A stretch of 64,000 bases of DNA, taken from assembly GCA_965243025.1 (NCBI GenBank), contig CBDETY010000003.1:1-64000 (forward strand), in the 5' to 3' direction. Source of the stretch: Candidatus Latescibacterota bacterium. Its GTDB lineage: Bacteria; Latescibacterota; UBA2968; UBA8231. Positions 1-9,641 of the stretch are shown one piece after another. The notes under the pieces were generated by a model. It saw nothing but the letters and a program-made list of their open reading frames with translations, was not told the DNA's origin and made no database searches. Each line of letters opens with the position of its first letter. Positions within the stretch are counted from its first letter, which is position 1. The translations under genes were made by a program, and so were the position numbers.

Positions 1-136
1 ACCATGAGCGGGGATGACGGGATGGGGACGGGCTCGGGGGCACAGGCGCAACAGATGGCACCGGTTGGCTGGGCCCATGCGGAGGGTGTACGGGATGGAC
101 CCGCGGGGAATGGCTGGATTTCGATTGGGCAGGGCA

Positions 137-1855
137 CTACAGGAAAGGGCGCGGACCGACGGAGCCGGAGCAGCCGACCAGCACGTCGAGATCGACGCCG
201 CGGTCGGCCTGCAGCACGTGGTCGAGGTAAATGCCGACGTAGCCGCGGCCCGCCCGCGGCGGCGGCGGCTGCCAGCGCTGCCTGCGTCTTTCCAGTTCGG
301 CGGCGGACACGTCGAGGTCGAGTCTCCTGCCGGGAACGTCGAGCTCGATCATGTCGCCGTTCTCCACCAGCGCCAGCGGTCCTCCCACCGCGGCTTCGGG
401 AGCGACGTGCAGGACGATGGTGCCGAAAGCGGTCCCGCTCATGCGCCCGTCGGAGATGCAGACCATGTCGCGCACCCCCTTTTCGAGAAGCTTCCTCGGC
501 AGGCTGAACTTGCCGAACTCCGGCATGCCGGGGAAACCCTTCGGGCCGATCCCCTTCAGGACCAGGACGCAGTCCTGGTCGACGTCGAGATCGGGGTCGT
601 CGACGCGGGCCCGGTGATCCTCCAGGCTCTCGAAGACCACGGCGCGGCCGCGGTGGCGCATGCGCTCCGGCGAGGCGGCCGACGGCTTGATCACGGCGCC
701 GCCGGGACAGAGGTTGCCGCGCAGCACGGCGATGCCGGCCTCCTTCTGGAAGGGGGCGTCGATGGCGGCGATCACCTCCCGGCTGTAGCACTCTGCGTCC
801 GCGGCGTTCTCCCCGAGGCTCGCCCCCGACACGGTCGGGCAGTCGGCGTGGAGCTGACCGGACAGCTCCCGCAGCACCGCCGGGAGCCCTCCGGCGTAGT
901 AGAAGTCCTCCATCAGGTGATCCCCCGACGGCATCAGGTTGACCAGCAACGGCATGCGGCTGCCGAGCCTGTCGAAGTCGTCGAGCTCCAGCGGCAGTCC
1001 CAGGCGGCCGGCGATCGCCAGCAGGTGGACGACGAAGTTCGTCGACCCCCCGATGGCGGCGTTCACCCTGATGGCGTTCTCCAGCGACTTCCGCGACACG
1101 ATGTCAGACAGCCGCACCTCCTCCCGCACCAGCTCGACGATGCGGTTGCCGGCGCGGTGGGCGAGGTTCTTGCGGCGCGCGTCCGAGGCGGGAATGGCCG
1201 CCCCGGCCGGCAGGGTCAGTCCCAGGGTCTCGGCCATGCAGGCCATGGTCGAGGCGGTTCCCATGGTCATGCAGTGGCCGTCGCTGCGGGTCATGCAGCC
1301 CTCGGCCTCGCGGAACTCCTCCTCGCTGAGGGTGCCGGCGCGGAACTCGGTGTGGAAGCGGTGGACGTCGGTTCCGGAGCCGATGTCGCGGCCCCGGTAC
1401 TTTCCCGTAAGCATCGGACCCCCGGTGACCACCATGGTCGGCAGATCGACGCTGCAGGCCCCCATCAGCGCTCCCGGGGTGGTCTTGTCGCACCCGGTGA
1501 GCAGCAGGACGCCGTCGATCGGGTTGGCGCGGATCGACTCCTCGACGTCCATGCTCAGCAGGTTGCGGTAGAGCATCGTCGTCGGCCGCATCAGGGTCTC
1601 CCCCAGCGACATCACCGGGAACTCCAGGGGGAAGCCGCCCGCCTCGTAGACGCCGCGCTTCGCCGACTCGGCGAGGATGCGCAGGTGGGCGTTGCAGGGA
1701 TTGAGGTCCGACCAGGTGTTGCAGATGCCGATGACGGGTTTGCCGTCGAACATCTGCTGCGGGTGGCCGCGGCCCTTGAGCCAGCTGCGGCTGACGAAAC
1801 CATGATGGGTGACCGGGGCGAACCAGTCGGCGCTTCTCAGTCGGGCATGTTCCAT
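137..1855 (-). CDS. IlvD/Edd-family dihydroxy-acid (sugar-acid) dehydratase
   Basis: Motifs PCNAH, GCDKTTP, GHCMTMGTASTM, GGSTN, GPKGFPGMPE, SDGRMSGT, HVAPEA. Start trimmed to ATG MEHARL. Confidence 0.93.
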   Translation of the reverse strand: MEHARLRSADWFAPVTHHGFVSRSWLKGRGHPQQMFDGKPVIGICNTWSDLNPCNAHLRILAESAKRGVYEAGGFPLEFPVMSLGETLMRPTTMLYRNLLSMDVEESIRANPIDGVLLLTGCDKTTPGALMGACSVDLPTMVVTGGPMLTGKYRGRDIGSGTDVHRFHTEFRAGTLSEEEFREAEGCMTRSDGHCMTMGTASTMACMAETLGLTLPAGAAIPASDARRKNLAHRAGNRIVELVREEVRLSDIVSRKSLENAIRVNAAIGGSTNFVVHLLAIAGRLGLPLELDDFDRLGSRMPLLVNLMPSGDHLMEDFYYAGGLPAVLRELSGQLHADCPTVSGASLGENAADAECYSREVIAAIDAPFQKEAGIAVLRGNLCPGGAVIKPSAASPERMRHRGRAVVFESLEDHRARVDDPDLDVDQDCVLVLKGIGPKGFPGMPEFGKFSLPRKLLEKGVRDMVCISDGRMSGTAFGTIVLHVAPEAAVGGPLALVENGDMIELDVPGRRLDLDVSAAELERRRQRWQPPPPRAGRGYVGIYLDHVLQADRGVDLDVLVGCSGSVGPRPFL

Positions 1856-2051
1856 ATGAAAGCGGCAGTTTTCTGCAGGAGGAGGCGTTCGGCATTTCCT
1901 TCCGAGCAGGCGGAAAGGAAATCCATCCGCCGGGGGCCGGCAATCTTGACTTCCCCCGTACCCCTGCCTTAGTGATATGGCGATTCGTTGCGGAGAGGTG
2001 GCGGCCGGAAGGGAAACCGGTCGCGGTTTCCGCGGACCCGGGAAAGGGAAA

Positions 2052-2699
2052 ATGAGAAAGGCACTGATCGTTTCCGGAGGTTGGGAGGGCCACCAGCCCC
2101 GGCAGTGTACGGAGATCTGGGCGCCGATCCTCGAGGAGGAGGGGTTCGAGGTCACCGTTTCGGAGTCGCTGTCCGTCTACCTCGACGCGGAGTTCATGCG
2201 GGAGTTGAGCCTGATCGTTCCGATCTGGACGATGGGCCGGATCGAGTCCGACGAGGAGAAGGGCCTCCTCGACGCCATTCACGGCGGCGCCGGGGTCGCC
2301 GGCTGGCACGGCGGCATGGCCGACGCCTTCCGGAACAACTGCACCTACCAGTTCATGGTCGGCGGCCAGTTCATCGCCCATCCCGACGGAATCATCGACT
2401 ACCAGGTCGACATATGCCGCCCCCAGGACCCGGTCGTCAGCGGCCTGGGCAGCTTCTCGATGCACTCGGAGCAGTACTACATGCACGTCGACCCGGGGAA
2501 CGAGGTGCTGGCGACCACGACGGTCGGACCGCGAAAAAGCGCTCCCTGGGTGGAAGGCACTCTCATGCCGGTGGTCTGGAAGCGCCGCTGGGGAGAGGGC
2601 AGGGTTTTCTATTCGTCGCTGGGACACGTTGCCGCCGACTTCGACGTGCCCGAGGCCAGGGAGATTCAGCGCCGGGGCAGCCTGTGGGCGGCGCGCTGA
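2052..2699 (+). CDS. ThuA-domain (trehalose utilisation-like) protein
   Basis: [42 protein letters not shown] follows purine-rich GGAAAGGGAA. Confidence 0.88.
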   Translation: MRKALIVSGGWEGHQPRQCTEIWAPILEEEGFEVTVSESLSVYLDAEFMRELSLIVPIWTMGRIESDEEKGLLDAIHGGAGVAGWHGGMADAFRNNCTYQFMVGGQFIAHPDGIIDYQVDICRPQDPVVSGLGSFSMHSEQYYMHVDPGNEVLATTTVGPRKSAPWVEGTLMPVVWKRRWGEGRVFYSSLGHVAADFDVPEAREIQRRGSLWAAR

Positions 2700-2868
2700 C
2701 TCCGGCCCTCACGAGGTTCACCGAAGTCCACGCACTGCGAGGGCAACGCGGGTGGAGGACAGCTCCGCCGGTATGGCGGTGCGCCTGTATCGACCGGTAT
2801 GGCACCGGCCGCCGCCCGCCGGCGAGGCTGTTTCGAATGGCGCAGGAGATCCGGGAGAATGAGAGGAC

Positions 2869-3609
2869 ATGCAGGGTAACGGGCGGAAAAAAAGGGTTCT
2901 GATCACGGGGGCGGCCGGCCGCATCGGCCAGGTTCTGGGGGACGGCCTGCGGGACCGTTACCGCCTGCGCCTGATGTATCACCGCACGGTGCTGCAGGCG
3001 GCCCCCGGGGATGAGGTCTGCCGGGGGAAGATCACCGACCTCGGCTTCGTCGAATCCGCGGTGGCAGGCATGGACGCCATCGTCCACCTCGCCGGAAACC
3101 CCAACGTGCCGGCGACCTGGGAGGAGGTGCTCGAGGCCAACATCGAGGGGACCTACTGCCTCTACGAGGCCGCCCGCCGCCAGGGGGTGAAGCGGGTGGT
3201 GTTCGCCAGCACCAACCACGTCACCGGATTCTACGAGCAGGAGGGTGTGTACACGAAGCCGGAGATGCCGGCGCGCCCCGACAGCTACTACGGGGTAAGC
3301 AAGGCGTTCGGCGAAGACCTGGGGCAGTACTACGTCGACGAGTTCGGCCTCGAGGTGATCAGCCTGCGCATCGGCTCGTTCCAGCCGGACAAATCGGTTG
3401 TCGAGCGCGAGGGGGACCGCATTCTGTCGACCTGGTTGAGCCACCGGGACTGCGTGCAGCTGGTGTGGCGGAGCATCGAGGCCGATGTCGGCTCCGGGAT
3501 CTACTACGGCATCTCCGGCAACACCCGGGCCTACTGGGACATCTCCAACGCCCGCTCGGAGCTCGGGTACGAGCCGGAGGACGACGCCGAGCGGCTGGCC
3601 GGGGGTTGA
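2869..3609 (+). CDS. NAD-dependent epimerase/dehydratase (uronate dehydrogenase-like SDR)
   Basis: TGAAGRIG, ASTNHVTG, YGVSK catalytic motif, LRIGS, STWLSHRD. RBS GAGAGGA. Confidence 0.85.
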   Translation: MQGNGRKKRVLITGAAGRIGQVLGDGLRDRYRLRLMYHRTVLQAAPGDEVCRGKITDLGFVESAVAGMDAIVHLAGNPNVPATWEEVLEANIEGTYCLYEAARRQGVKRVVFASTNHVTGFYEQEGVYTKPEMPARPDSYYGVSKAFGEDLGQYYVDEFGLEVISLRIGSFQPDKSVVEREGDRILSTWLSHRDCVQLVWRSIEADVGSGIYYGISGNTRAYWDISNARSELGYEPEDDAERLAGG

Positions 3610-3667
3610 AGAGCTCTCCGCCCCGGTTCCCCGACTGCCCGCCTTCCGGGCCAGGCCCGGACAGCCA

Positions 3668-3823
3668 TCATTTCCCGTTCTTCGGGCGCCGCCGCCAACG
3701 GCCGGCGTCGATAATGAAGACCAGGGTGCGCACCACGTCCCGCAGGATGAAGCAGCCGACTAGCAGGGTGACGATCGCGATCAATCGCCGGTCGAGCAGT
3801 ATGTCGAGGATCTCCTGGATCAC
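3668..3823 (-). CDS. Small 51-aa single-TM membrane protein (not in ORF track)
   Basis: Hand-translated MIQEILDILLDRRLIAIVTLLVGCFILRDVVRTLVFIIDAGRWRRRPKNGK. GAGG before GTG, GC3-rich codons, basic tail. Confidence 0.6.
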   Translation of the reverse strand: MIQEILDILLDRRLIAIVTLLVGCFILRDVVRTLVFIIDAGRWRRRPKNGK

Positions 3824-3987
3824 GTCGGCCTCGGCGGGGAGGAGGTCGGCTGGTCTCTGCAGGTCTCACTGATATACGCAGCGGAAACCCGGGCTGGCAA
3901 GCAGGCCGCCGGTCCCGGGGACAGCTTTGACACCTCGGCGCGCCGCGGGATATCTTGCCGGCCCCTCTTCCACCGGAGAAAGACGGA

Positions 3988-4716
3988 ATGTCGAAACCAG
4001 GACTGAGCAGAGAGGACCTCGCGCTGCTGCGCAAGTACGATACCCCGACCATCTGCAACGCCATCGAGCTGTTCCAGGTCAGGCCCCGCGACGCCGGCTA
4101 CACCGACTCGCGCATCCAGGCCTGCTATCCCGAGATGCCTCCCATGGTCGGGTACGCCAGCACCGTGACCATGCGCGCCTCGGCCCCGGCGCGGGGGGAC
4201 GTCTACTCCACCATGGACAGGCAGGTGGCCTCGTTCCCGGAGGTACCCAGCCCCCCCGTGGTCGTTTTCCAGGATCTCGACAGCCCCTCGGTGGCGGCGA
4301 CCTTCGGCGAGGTGATGTGCTCGGTCTACCAGACCTTCGGCGCCGTCGGCCTGGTCACCAGCGGCACCGGCCGCGACCTCGACCAGGTGCGCGCCCTCGG
4401 CTTTCCGGCGTTCACCAACGGCGCCATCGCCTCCCACGGGTACAACCACATGGTAGATCTCGGACGCACCGTACACGTCGGCGGGATCGCCATCTTCCCG
4501 GGGGATCTCCTGCACGGGGACTGCAACGGGGTAGCCGTCATACCCGGCGATATCGCCAGCGACGTCGCCCATATCTGCGAGGAGTTCGTCGCCGCCGAGC
4601 AGGTCATCCTCGACTACCTGGAGACGGAAAATCCGACCCCGGAAGGCCTGGGGGAAGCCCGAGCCGAGTCCACCCGACTGATAGCCGCCCTCGGGGAGCG
4701 CGTCCGCAGCGGGTAG
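3988..4716 (+). CDS. RraA/HMG aldolase-family protein
   Basis: DTPTICNA, GYA-T, FGEVM, GTGRDLD, PGDLLHGDCNGVAVIP. RBS GGAG. Confidence 0.88.
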   Translation: MSKPGLSREDLALLRKYDTPTICNAIELFQVRPRDAGYTDSRIQACYPEMPPMVGYASTVTMRASAPARGDVYSTMDRQVASFPEVPSPPVVVFQDLDSPSVAATFGEVMCSVYQTFGAVGLVTSGTGRDLDQVRALGFPAFTNGAIASHGYNHMVDLGRTVHVGGIAIFPGDLLHGDCNGVAVIPGDIASDVAHICEEFVAAEQVILDYLETENPTPEGLGEARAESTRLIAALGERVRSG

Positions 4717-4781
4717 CCCTTCTCTCCCGGCGCCGGGGGCCCGCCCGGTCCTGAAGAACGGTTAGTCCAGGGCGGCGGCGA

Positions 4782-4973
4782 TCAATCCCCGCCGCGCTGC
4801 CAGGCCTCGCAGGCCACGACCGGAAGCCGGGGGTATTTCGGGAACCGGGCGTCGCGCTCGGCGACCCGGCAGAGAAAGAAGCGTGCGTTCCGGGCCGACG
4901 CGACGACGCGGCAATGACGGCAATTCCCGCAGAGTCCCGGATCGACCGGCGGAGTTTTTTCACGTCCAGTCAT
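4782..4973 (-). CDS. Small Cys-rich hypothetical protein (63 aa)
   Basis: GLCGNCRHC...FFLC...RFPKYPRLPVVAC. It is the C-terminal part of track ORF 4782..5981 and lies downstream of the SirB1-like gene. Confidence 0.65.
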   Translation of the reverse strand: MTGREKTPPVDPGLCGNCRHCRVVASARNARFFLCRVAERDARFPKYPRLPVVACEAWQRGGD

Positions 4974-5029
4974 TGGCGTCGGCCCGGCCGGATGACCGCC
5001 GTCAGCGCCCCCGAGCCCGGGCAAGCCAG

Positions 5030-5887
5030 TCAGTTCAACACCGCGAGCCGCGACTGCAGCAGGCCGATGTCTTTGGCGATCCTCCCGGCGTCTTCCGCTC
5101 CGGGTTCTCTTCGCAGGTACTCGTCCAGACAGGAGAGGGCGCGGTGAAAGGCTCCGAGCCGGCAGTAGAGATACCCGAGGTCGCGCAGATCCGAGGCCGT
5201 CTCCGGCTGCAGCCAGGTGATCCTCTCGCCGGCCCTGACGGCGCGCTCGAAATCCCCCAGGCCGGCGTGAATCAGCTTGAGGTTGCGCAGCATGCGGGCG
5301 AATATCTGCGCCGGAACCGCTTCGGACAGGAGACCGTCGTCGAGCACCGCACCCTTCCCCATCATTCGCTCCAGCATCCTTTCGAGAGCCGCCCGGCCGA
5401 TGACGCGGCCACCGCTGAAGGGGTCGACGAAAACCGCGTCGGGAACAGCGCCGCACCTTACGAGGAAGTGTCCGGGAAAGTTGATCCCGGCCAGGGGAAG
5501 GCCCAGCTCGCGGCCCACCGCGATATAGAGGATGGACAGGGTGATCGGGATTCCCAGGCGGCGGTCGAGAACGTCGTTGAGGTAGCTGTTGCGCGGGTCG
5601 TCGTAGCGGTCGGCGTTGCCGCGGAATCCCTGCTCGACGGCGAGGAAACGGCTCAGCTCGGTAACGGCTTGACGCGGTCCGAGGCCTTTCACGCGAGGCT
5701 CGACCTCCGAGGCGAGGCCGCGGATGCGCTGCAGGCAGGAGTCGATGTCGAGGTCGGGGTAGGCGTCGCGGGCGATCAGCAGGGCCCCGCGAGCGAGATC
5801 GATGCCGCCCTCCGGCTGCCGGACCAGGTGGTACAGCGGGTCTGCGGCGGGTGGCCGGTAGAAGTTGCCGGGGCTGCCAGATTCCAC
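5030..5887 (-). CDS. SirB1/YchA-like transglutaminase-fold plus TPR protein
   Basis: GFRGN..YDDPRNSYLNDVLDRRLGIPITLS, GINFPGHFL, RMLRNLK, RDLG. GTG start after GGAG. Confidence 0.9.
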   Translation of the reverse strand: MESGSPGNFYRPPAADPLYHLVRQPEGGIDLARGALLIARDAYPDLDIDSCLQRIRGLASEVEPRVKGLGPRQAVTELSRFLAVEQGFRGNADRYDDPRNSYLNDVLDRRLGIPITLSILYIAVGRELGLPLAGINFPGHFLVRCGAVPDAVFVDPFSGGRVIGRAALERMLERMMGKGAVLDDGLLSEAVPAQIFARMLRNLKLIHAGLGDFERAVRAGERITWLQPETASDLRDLGYLYCRLGAFHRALSCLDEYLRREPGAEDAGRIAKDIGLLQSRLAVLN

Positions 5888-6242
5888 GGGGTATGCACTT
5901 TCTCCAGGGACCGGCGATGGATCGCTGCGAATCGGCGGCGTGACGAGGCGGGATCTCCGCTGCCGTTTCCCGAGCCGCCATTTATAATATGGCTGGTCGG
6001 TCCCTCGAAAACAGGGAGCCCTTCGCCGATGCTCCGTCCCGGAGGCTTCGTCCAGGGTGGGCACCGGCCGGTCGCGCCTCACCCTCCGGTCGGGTCCGAT
6101 GCCGCAAGTCAGTCCGGGAGCTCGCTGAATTATGGGAATCCGGTTTCAGGACCGCCAGAACCGGTGCTGGAAAAAAGGGATGCCCCCATTTCGAGGACCT
6201 TGAAGGCTGCCCCCCGGCAAGGAAGCAGGGGATTTCCGTGAC

Positions 6243-7154
6243 ATGACACCAGCGATCGCCCTTCACAACGTCAGCAAACGATTCGGCGACAAGGCCGCGG
6301 TGGAGGACCTCTCTCTCGAAGTCCCGCCGGGGTGCATCTACGGGTTCCTGGGCCCCAACGGGGCCGGCAAGACGACGACCCTGCGGATGATCGTCGGGAT
6401 CTTCTACCCGGACCGGGGCAGCCTCCGCGTTCTCGGGGAGCGCGATCCGGCCGCGGTCAGGGAGCGCATCGGCTACCTGCCGGAAGAGCGCGGAATCTAC
6501 GACAGGATGCGCCTCGACGACCTGATGACCTACTACGGCCGGCTGAAGGGAATGGGTGCCCGTGACGCCCGCGAGGTCTCCGGCCGCCTGCTTTCCGAAT
6601 ACGGTCTGGGCGACTGGCGGGAGAAGAAGTGCAACACCCTCTCGAAGGGGATGGCCCAGAAGGTGCAGATCCTCGCCACCACAATGCACGGGCCGGACCT
6701 CGTCATCCTCGACGAGCCGTTTTCCGGTCTCGACCCCGTCAACCGGGACGTGATGCGGGACCTGATACTGCAGCTGAAGCGGGAGGGCAAGAGCGTGCTG
6801 TTCTCCACCCACATCATGGAGCAGGCCGAGCAGATCTGCGATTACGTGGTGCTCATCGACCGCGGCTGCAAGGTCCTCGACGGCAGCCTGTCGTCGGTCC
6901 GCGCGGCCGGAGGCCAGTCGATCCGTCTCGACTACGACGGCAGCGGAAACGCGCTGCACCGGCTGCCCGGGGTCGAGCGGGTCAACGACTCGGGCAAGCA
7001 GGCGGAGTTGTTCCTCGCAGGAGACGGAGATTCCCAGGAGATCCTCCGGGCCCTGGTTGAAAACGGCATCAGGGTGCGGCGGTTCGACCTGACCGAGCTC
7101 TCCCTGCACGAGATCTTCCTCCGCGCCGTCGGGGGGGAGGGAGAAACCCCATGA
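6243..7154 (+). CDS. ABC-2 exporter ATP-binding protein (NatA-like)
   Basis: GPNGAGKTT, LSKGM, ILDEPFSGLDP, STH. Confidence 0.93.
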   Translation: MTPAIALHNVSKRFGDKAAVEDLSLEVPPGCIYGFLGPNGAGKTTTLRMIVGIFYPDRGSLRVLGERDPAAVRERIGYLPEERGIYDRMRLDDLMTYYGRLKGMGARDAREVSGRLLSEYGLGDWREKKCNTLSKGMAQKVQILATTMHGPDLVILDEPFSGLDPVNRDVMRDLILQLKREGKSVLFSTHIMEQAEQICDYVVLIDRGCKVLDGSLSSVRAAGGQSIRLDYDGSGNALHRLPGVERVNDSGKQAELFLAGDGDSQEILRALVENGIRVRRFDLTELSLHEIFLRAVGGEGETP

Positions 7155-8713
7155 ACAAAGCCTTTCTGGTCGCCTGGAACGAATACCTCGGGACGGTCCG
7201 CACCAAGGCCTTCTGGCTCGGCCTGCTGGCGATCCCGGTCCTGATCGGCCTCGCGGCGGTGGTGCCGAGGTTGCTGAGCGAGGCCAAGGACGTCCGCACC
7301 TACGCGGTGGTCGACGAATCGGGGTTCCTGTTGCGGGAGATCGACGCCCTCGTATACGAGAGGGACCTGACCGACCTGATCGCCGCCGCCGCAGCCTGGA
7401 AGCGGGAAGGGAAGGGGCGCGAGTTCGGGAGGCTGCCCGAGGTCGTTCGCGAGCTGACCCTGGCCTGGATGGAGATCGACGAACAGGAGAGGGCGGCCTT
7501 CGTTCAGGCGCTGGCCGGCAGGACGGAAAGCCAGGTGCCCGAAGGGCGGGCGCGGAGCTTCGCCGACCCGGCGCGAAGCGGCGAGCTGTACGACTGGTGG
7601 CGGTCGGTCCCGGCCGACGAGCTCGAGGCGCTCGACCTCCATCTGTCTCATTCCCGCTTCACCCGCCTCGACAGCGCCGGCGGGGACCTGTCCGCTCTCA
7701 ACCGCCGCGTCGACAGCGGCGAGCTGTTCGCCTACCTGACCATCGGCCCCGACCCGGTCGGCGGCTCGCAGGGGTGCAAGTACGTCTCCAACAACCTCAC
7801 CGACCGCGAGCTGCAGGAGTGGTTCGCCGCCAGGGCCAACACCGTCATCCGCGCGCGCCGCATCGCCGCGGCCGAGGTCGAGCCCGGGACCGCGGCCTGG
7901 ATCGGGGAGCGGCTGGAGTTCGAGGAGCGCAAGGTCGACTCGGGGGGCGGGGAAGCGGAGGTGGAGGGCGCGGACAAGGCGCGGCAATGGGCTCCGGTCG
8001 GGTTCACCTACCTCCTGTGGATCGCGATTTTCACCAGCGCCCAGATGCTGCTCACCAGCACCATCGAAGAGAAATCGGCGCGCATCATCGAAGTGCTGCT
8101 CTCCTCGGTCTCCCCGGTTCAGCTCATGGCGGGGAAAATCGCCGGAGCCGCCGGAGCCGGCCTGACCATGGTCGCATCCTGGGTATTCTTCATCGTTCTC
8201 GCAGGGGTTCTGTTTTCGGCGGCGGGCGGCTCCCCGGCGGTGATCGAGACCCTGCTCGAACTGGCGTCCGCTCCGTTCTTCCTGCTCGCCTTCTTCCTCT
8301 ACTTCGCGATGGGGTACCTCCTCTACGCGACCTTCCTCGTCGGCATCGGCTCGGTCTGCAACAACCTGAAGGAGGCGCAGAACCTGCTGCTTCCGGTGAT
8401 GATACCGATGATGATGGTGTTCTTCCTGTTGGTGCCGGTCAGCCAGGACCCCAACGGCACGCTCGCCCGCGTCGTTTCGTACGTTCCGCCCTTCACCCCC
8501 TTCGTGATGATGAACCGCGCCGCCGGTCCGCCCCCGGCTTGGGAGTACCTGACGACCACGGCGGTGCTGGCAGGGGGGATCTTCCTCGCCCTGCTGGCCG
8601 CCGCCAGGCTGTTCCGGATCGGCATCCTGATGACGGGCAAGCCGCCGGGAATCGGCGAACTGGCGCGCTGGCTGAGGGCCGGACCCGGGGAGGTGCCGGA
8701 GTCGAAGACGTGA
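7151..8713 (+). CDS. ABC-2 exporter permease (NatB-like)
   Basis: N-terminal TM, large external loop, EEKSARIIEVLLSS, multiple C-terminal TMs. ATGA overlap with the ATPase. Confidence 0.9.
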   Translation: MNKAFLVAWNEYLGTVRTKAFWLGLLAIPVLIGLAAVVPRLLSEAKDVRTYAVVDESGFLLREIDALVYERDLTDLIAAAAAWKREGKGREFGRLPEVVRELTLAWMEIDEQERAAFVQALAGRTESQVPEGRARSFADPARSGELYDWWRSVPADELEALDLHLSHSRFTRLDSAGGDLSALNRRVDSGELFAYLTIGPDPVGGSQGCKYVSNNLTDRELQEWFAARANTVIRARRIAAAEVEPGTAAWIGERLEFEERKVDSGGGEAEVEGADKARQWAPVGFTYLLWIAIFTSAQMLLTSTIEEKSARIIEVLLSSVSPVQLMAGKIAGAAGAGLTMVASWVFFIVLAGVLFSAAGGSPAVIETLLELASAPFFLLAFFLYFAMGYLLYATFLVGIGSVCNNLKEAQNLLLPVMIPMMMVFFLLVPVSQDPNGTLARVVSYVPPFTPFVMMNRAAGPPPAWEYLTTTAVLAGGIFLALLAAARLFRIGILMTGKPPGIGELARWLRAGPGEVPESKT

Positions 8714-8719
8714 GGGCTG

Positions 8720-9412
8720 CTAGAGATTCAGCCCGAGCTGGGGATCCGGGTCGTCTACCGGCTGCACGCATTCCGCAACGTCGACGCCGGCGCGGTTGAC
8801 GAGCGGGGACACCGGGTGCAGTCCGAGCTCACCGGGATAGGGGCGCAGCAGCGCAAGCAGGGCGGGAATATCGGCGGTTCCGGGGTCGAGCCAGATTTCC
8901 GCGGCCTCCGGGGTCAGAATCGCCGGCATGCGGTTGTGCAGCCCGGCGACGGCGGCGTTCGGCTCGGTGGTGACGATGGCGCAGGTGCGCAGAACCTCGC
9001 CGTCCGGCGCGGTCCATTTTTCCGACAGGCCGGCCAGGGCCAAGGGTTGCCGGTCCGCGAGCTGGATGTAGTGGGGGACCTTGCCGGAGCCGCTGCGCTT
9101 CCACTCGAAGTAGCCGCTGGCCGGTACGATGCAGCGGCGCCTGCGGAAGGCGTTCCTGAAGGCGGAGGTGTCGGGAAGCGATTCGGCGCGGGCGTTGATC
9201 AGGCGGTTGCCGATGGCCGCCGTCTTCGCCCAGAAGGGGACGAGACCCCACCTGAACCCGAGCAGCTGGCGCTGCTGCCGCTGGACCACCACCGCGACCG
9301 GCTGCGACGGGGCGATGTTGTAGCGCGGGGGCAGCTCGAGGAGAGTCTGCTCGACCGCGAACCGTTCAGCGAGCTCCGCCGCCGGGTGGTGAAGGGTGAA
9401 ACGGCCGCACAT
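8720..9412 (-). CDS. SOS response-associated peptidase (SRAP, YedK/HMCES-like)
   Basis: MCGRF N-terminus, RYNIAPSQ, WGLVPFW, INARAE, YFEW, HNRMP. Confidence 0.93.
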   Translation of the reverse strand: MCGRFTLHHPAAELAERFAVEQTLLELPPRYNIAPSQPVAVVVQRQQRQLLGFRWGLVPFWAKTAAIGNRLINARAESLPDTSAFRNAFRRRRCIVPASGYFEWKRSGSGKVPHYIQLADRQPLALAGLSEKWTAPDGEVLRTCAIVTTEPNAAVAGLHNRMPAILTPEAAEIWLDPGTADIPALLALLRPYPGELGLHPVSPLVNRAGVDVAECVQPVDDPDPQLGLNL

Positions 9413-9641
9413 GGGTTGCTGTTTCGAGTAACGGCCCGCTGACCGGATTGCCCTGAGGCGAAGCAGGCCCCAGCCCGCCTGGTGCCTGGCCGGGCGGGCA
9501 ATTGCGCGAGAACCGGGCGCGATTGCATCCCGGCTCGCGTTGCCTCGGCTGGCCGTTCCGACTCCACACGGCTGGCCCGGGGACCTTGGAAACCGGGCGC
9601 ATCGGCGCCCCCGTTTCTGCGGGCCGGTAAGGGTAACAACC

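Noticed and set aside
8720-9412. SRAP gene as a marker of a prophage or SOS mutagenesis cassette
   Set aside because: No phage, integrase or imuABC/umuDC genes nearby.
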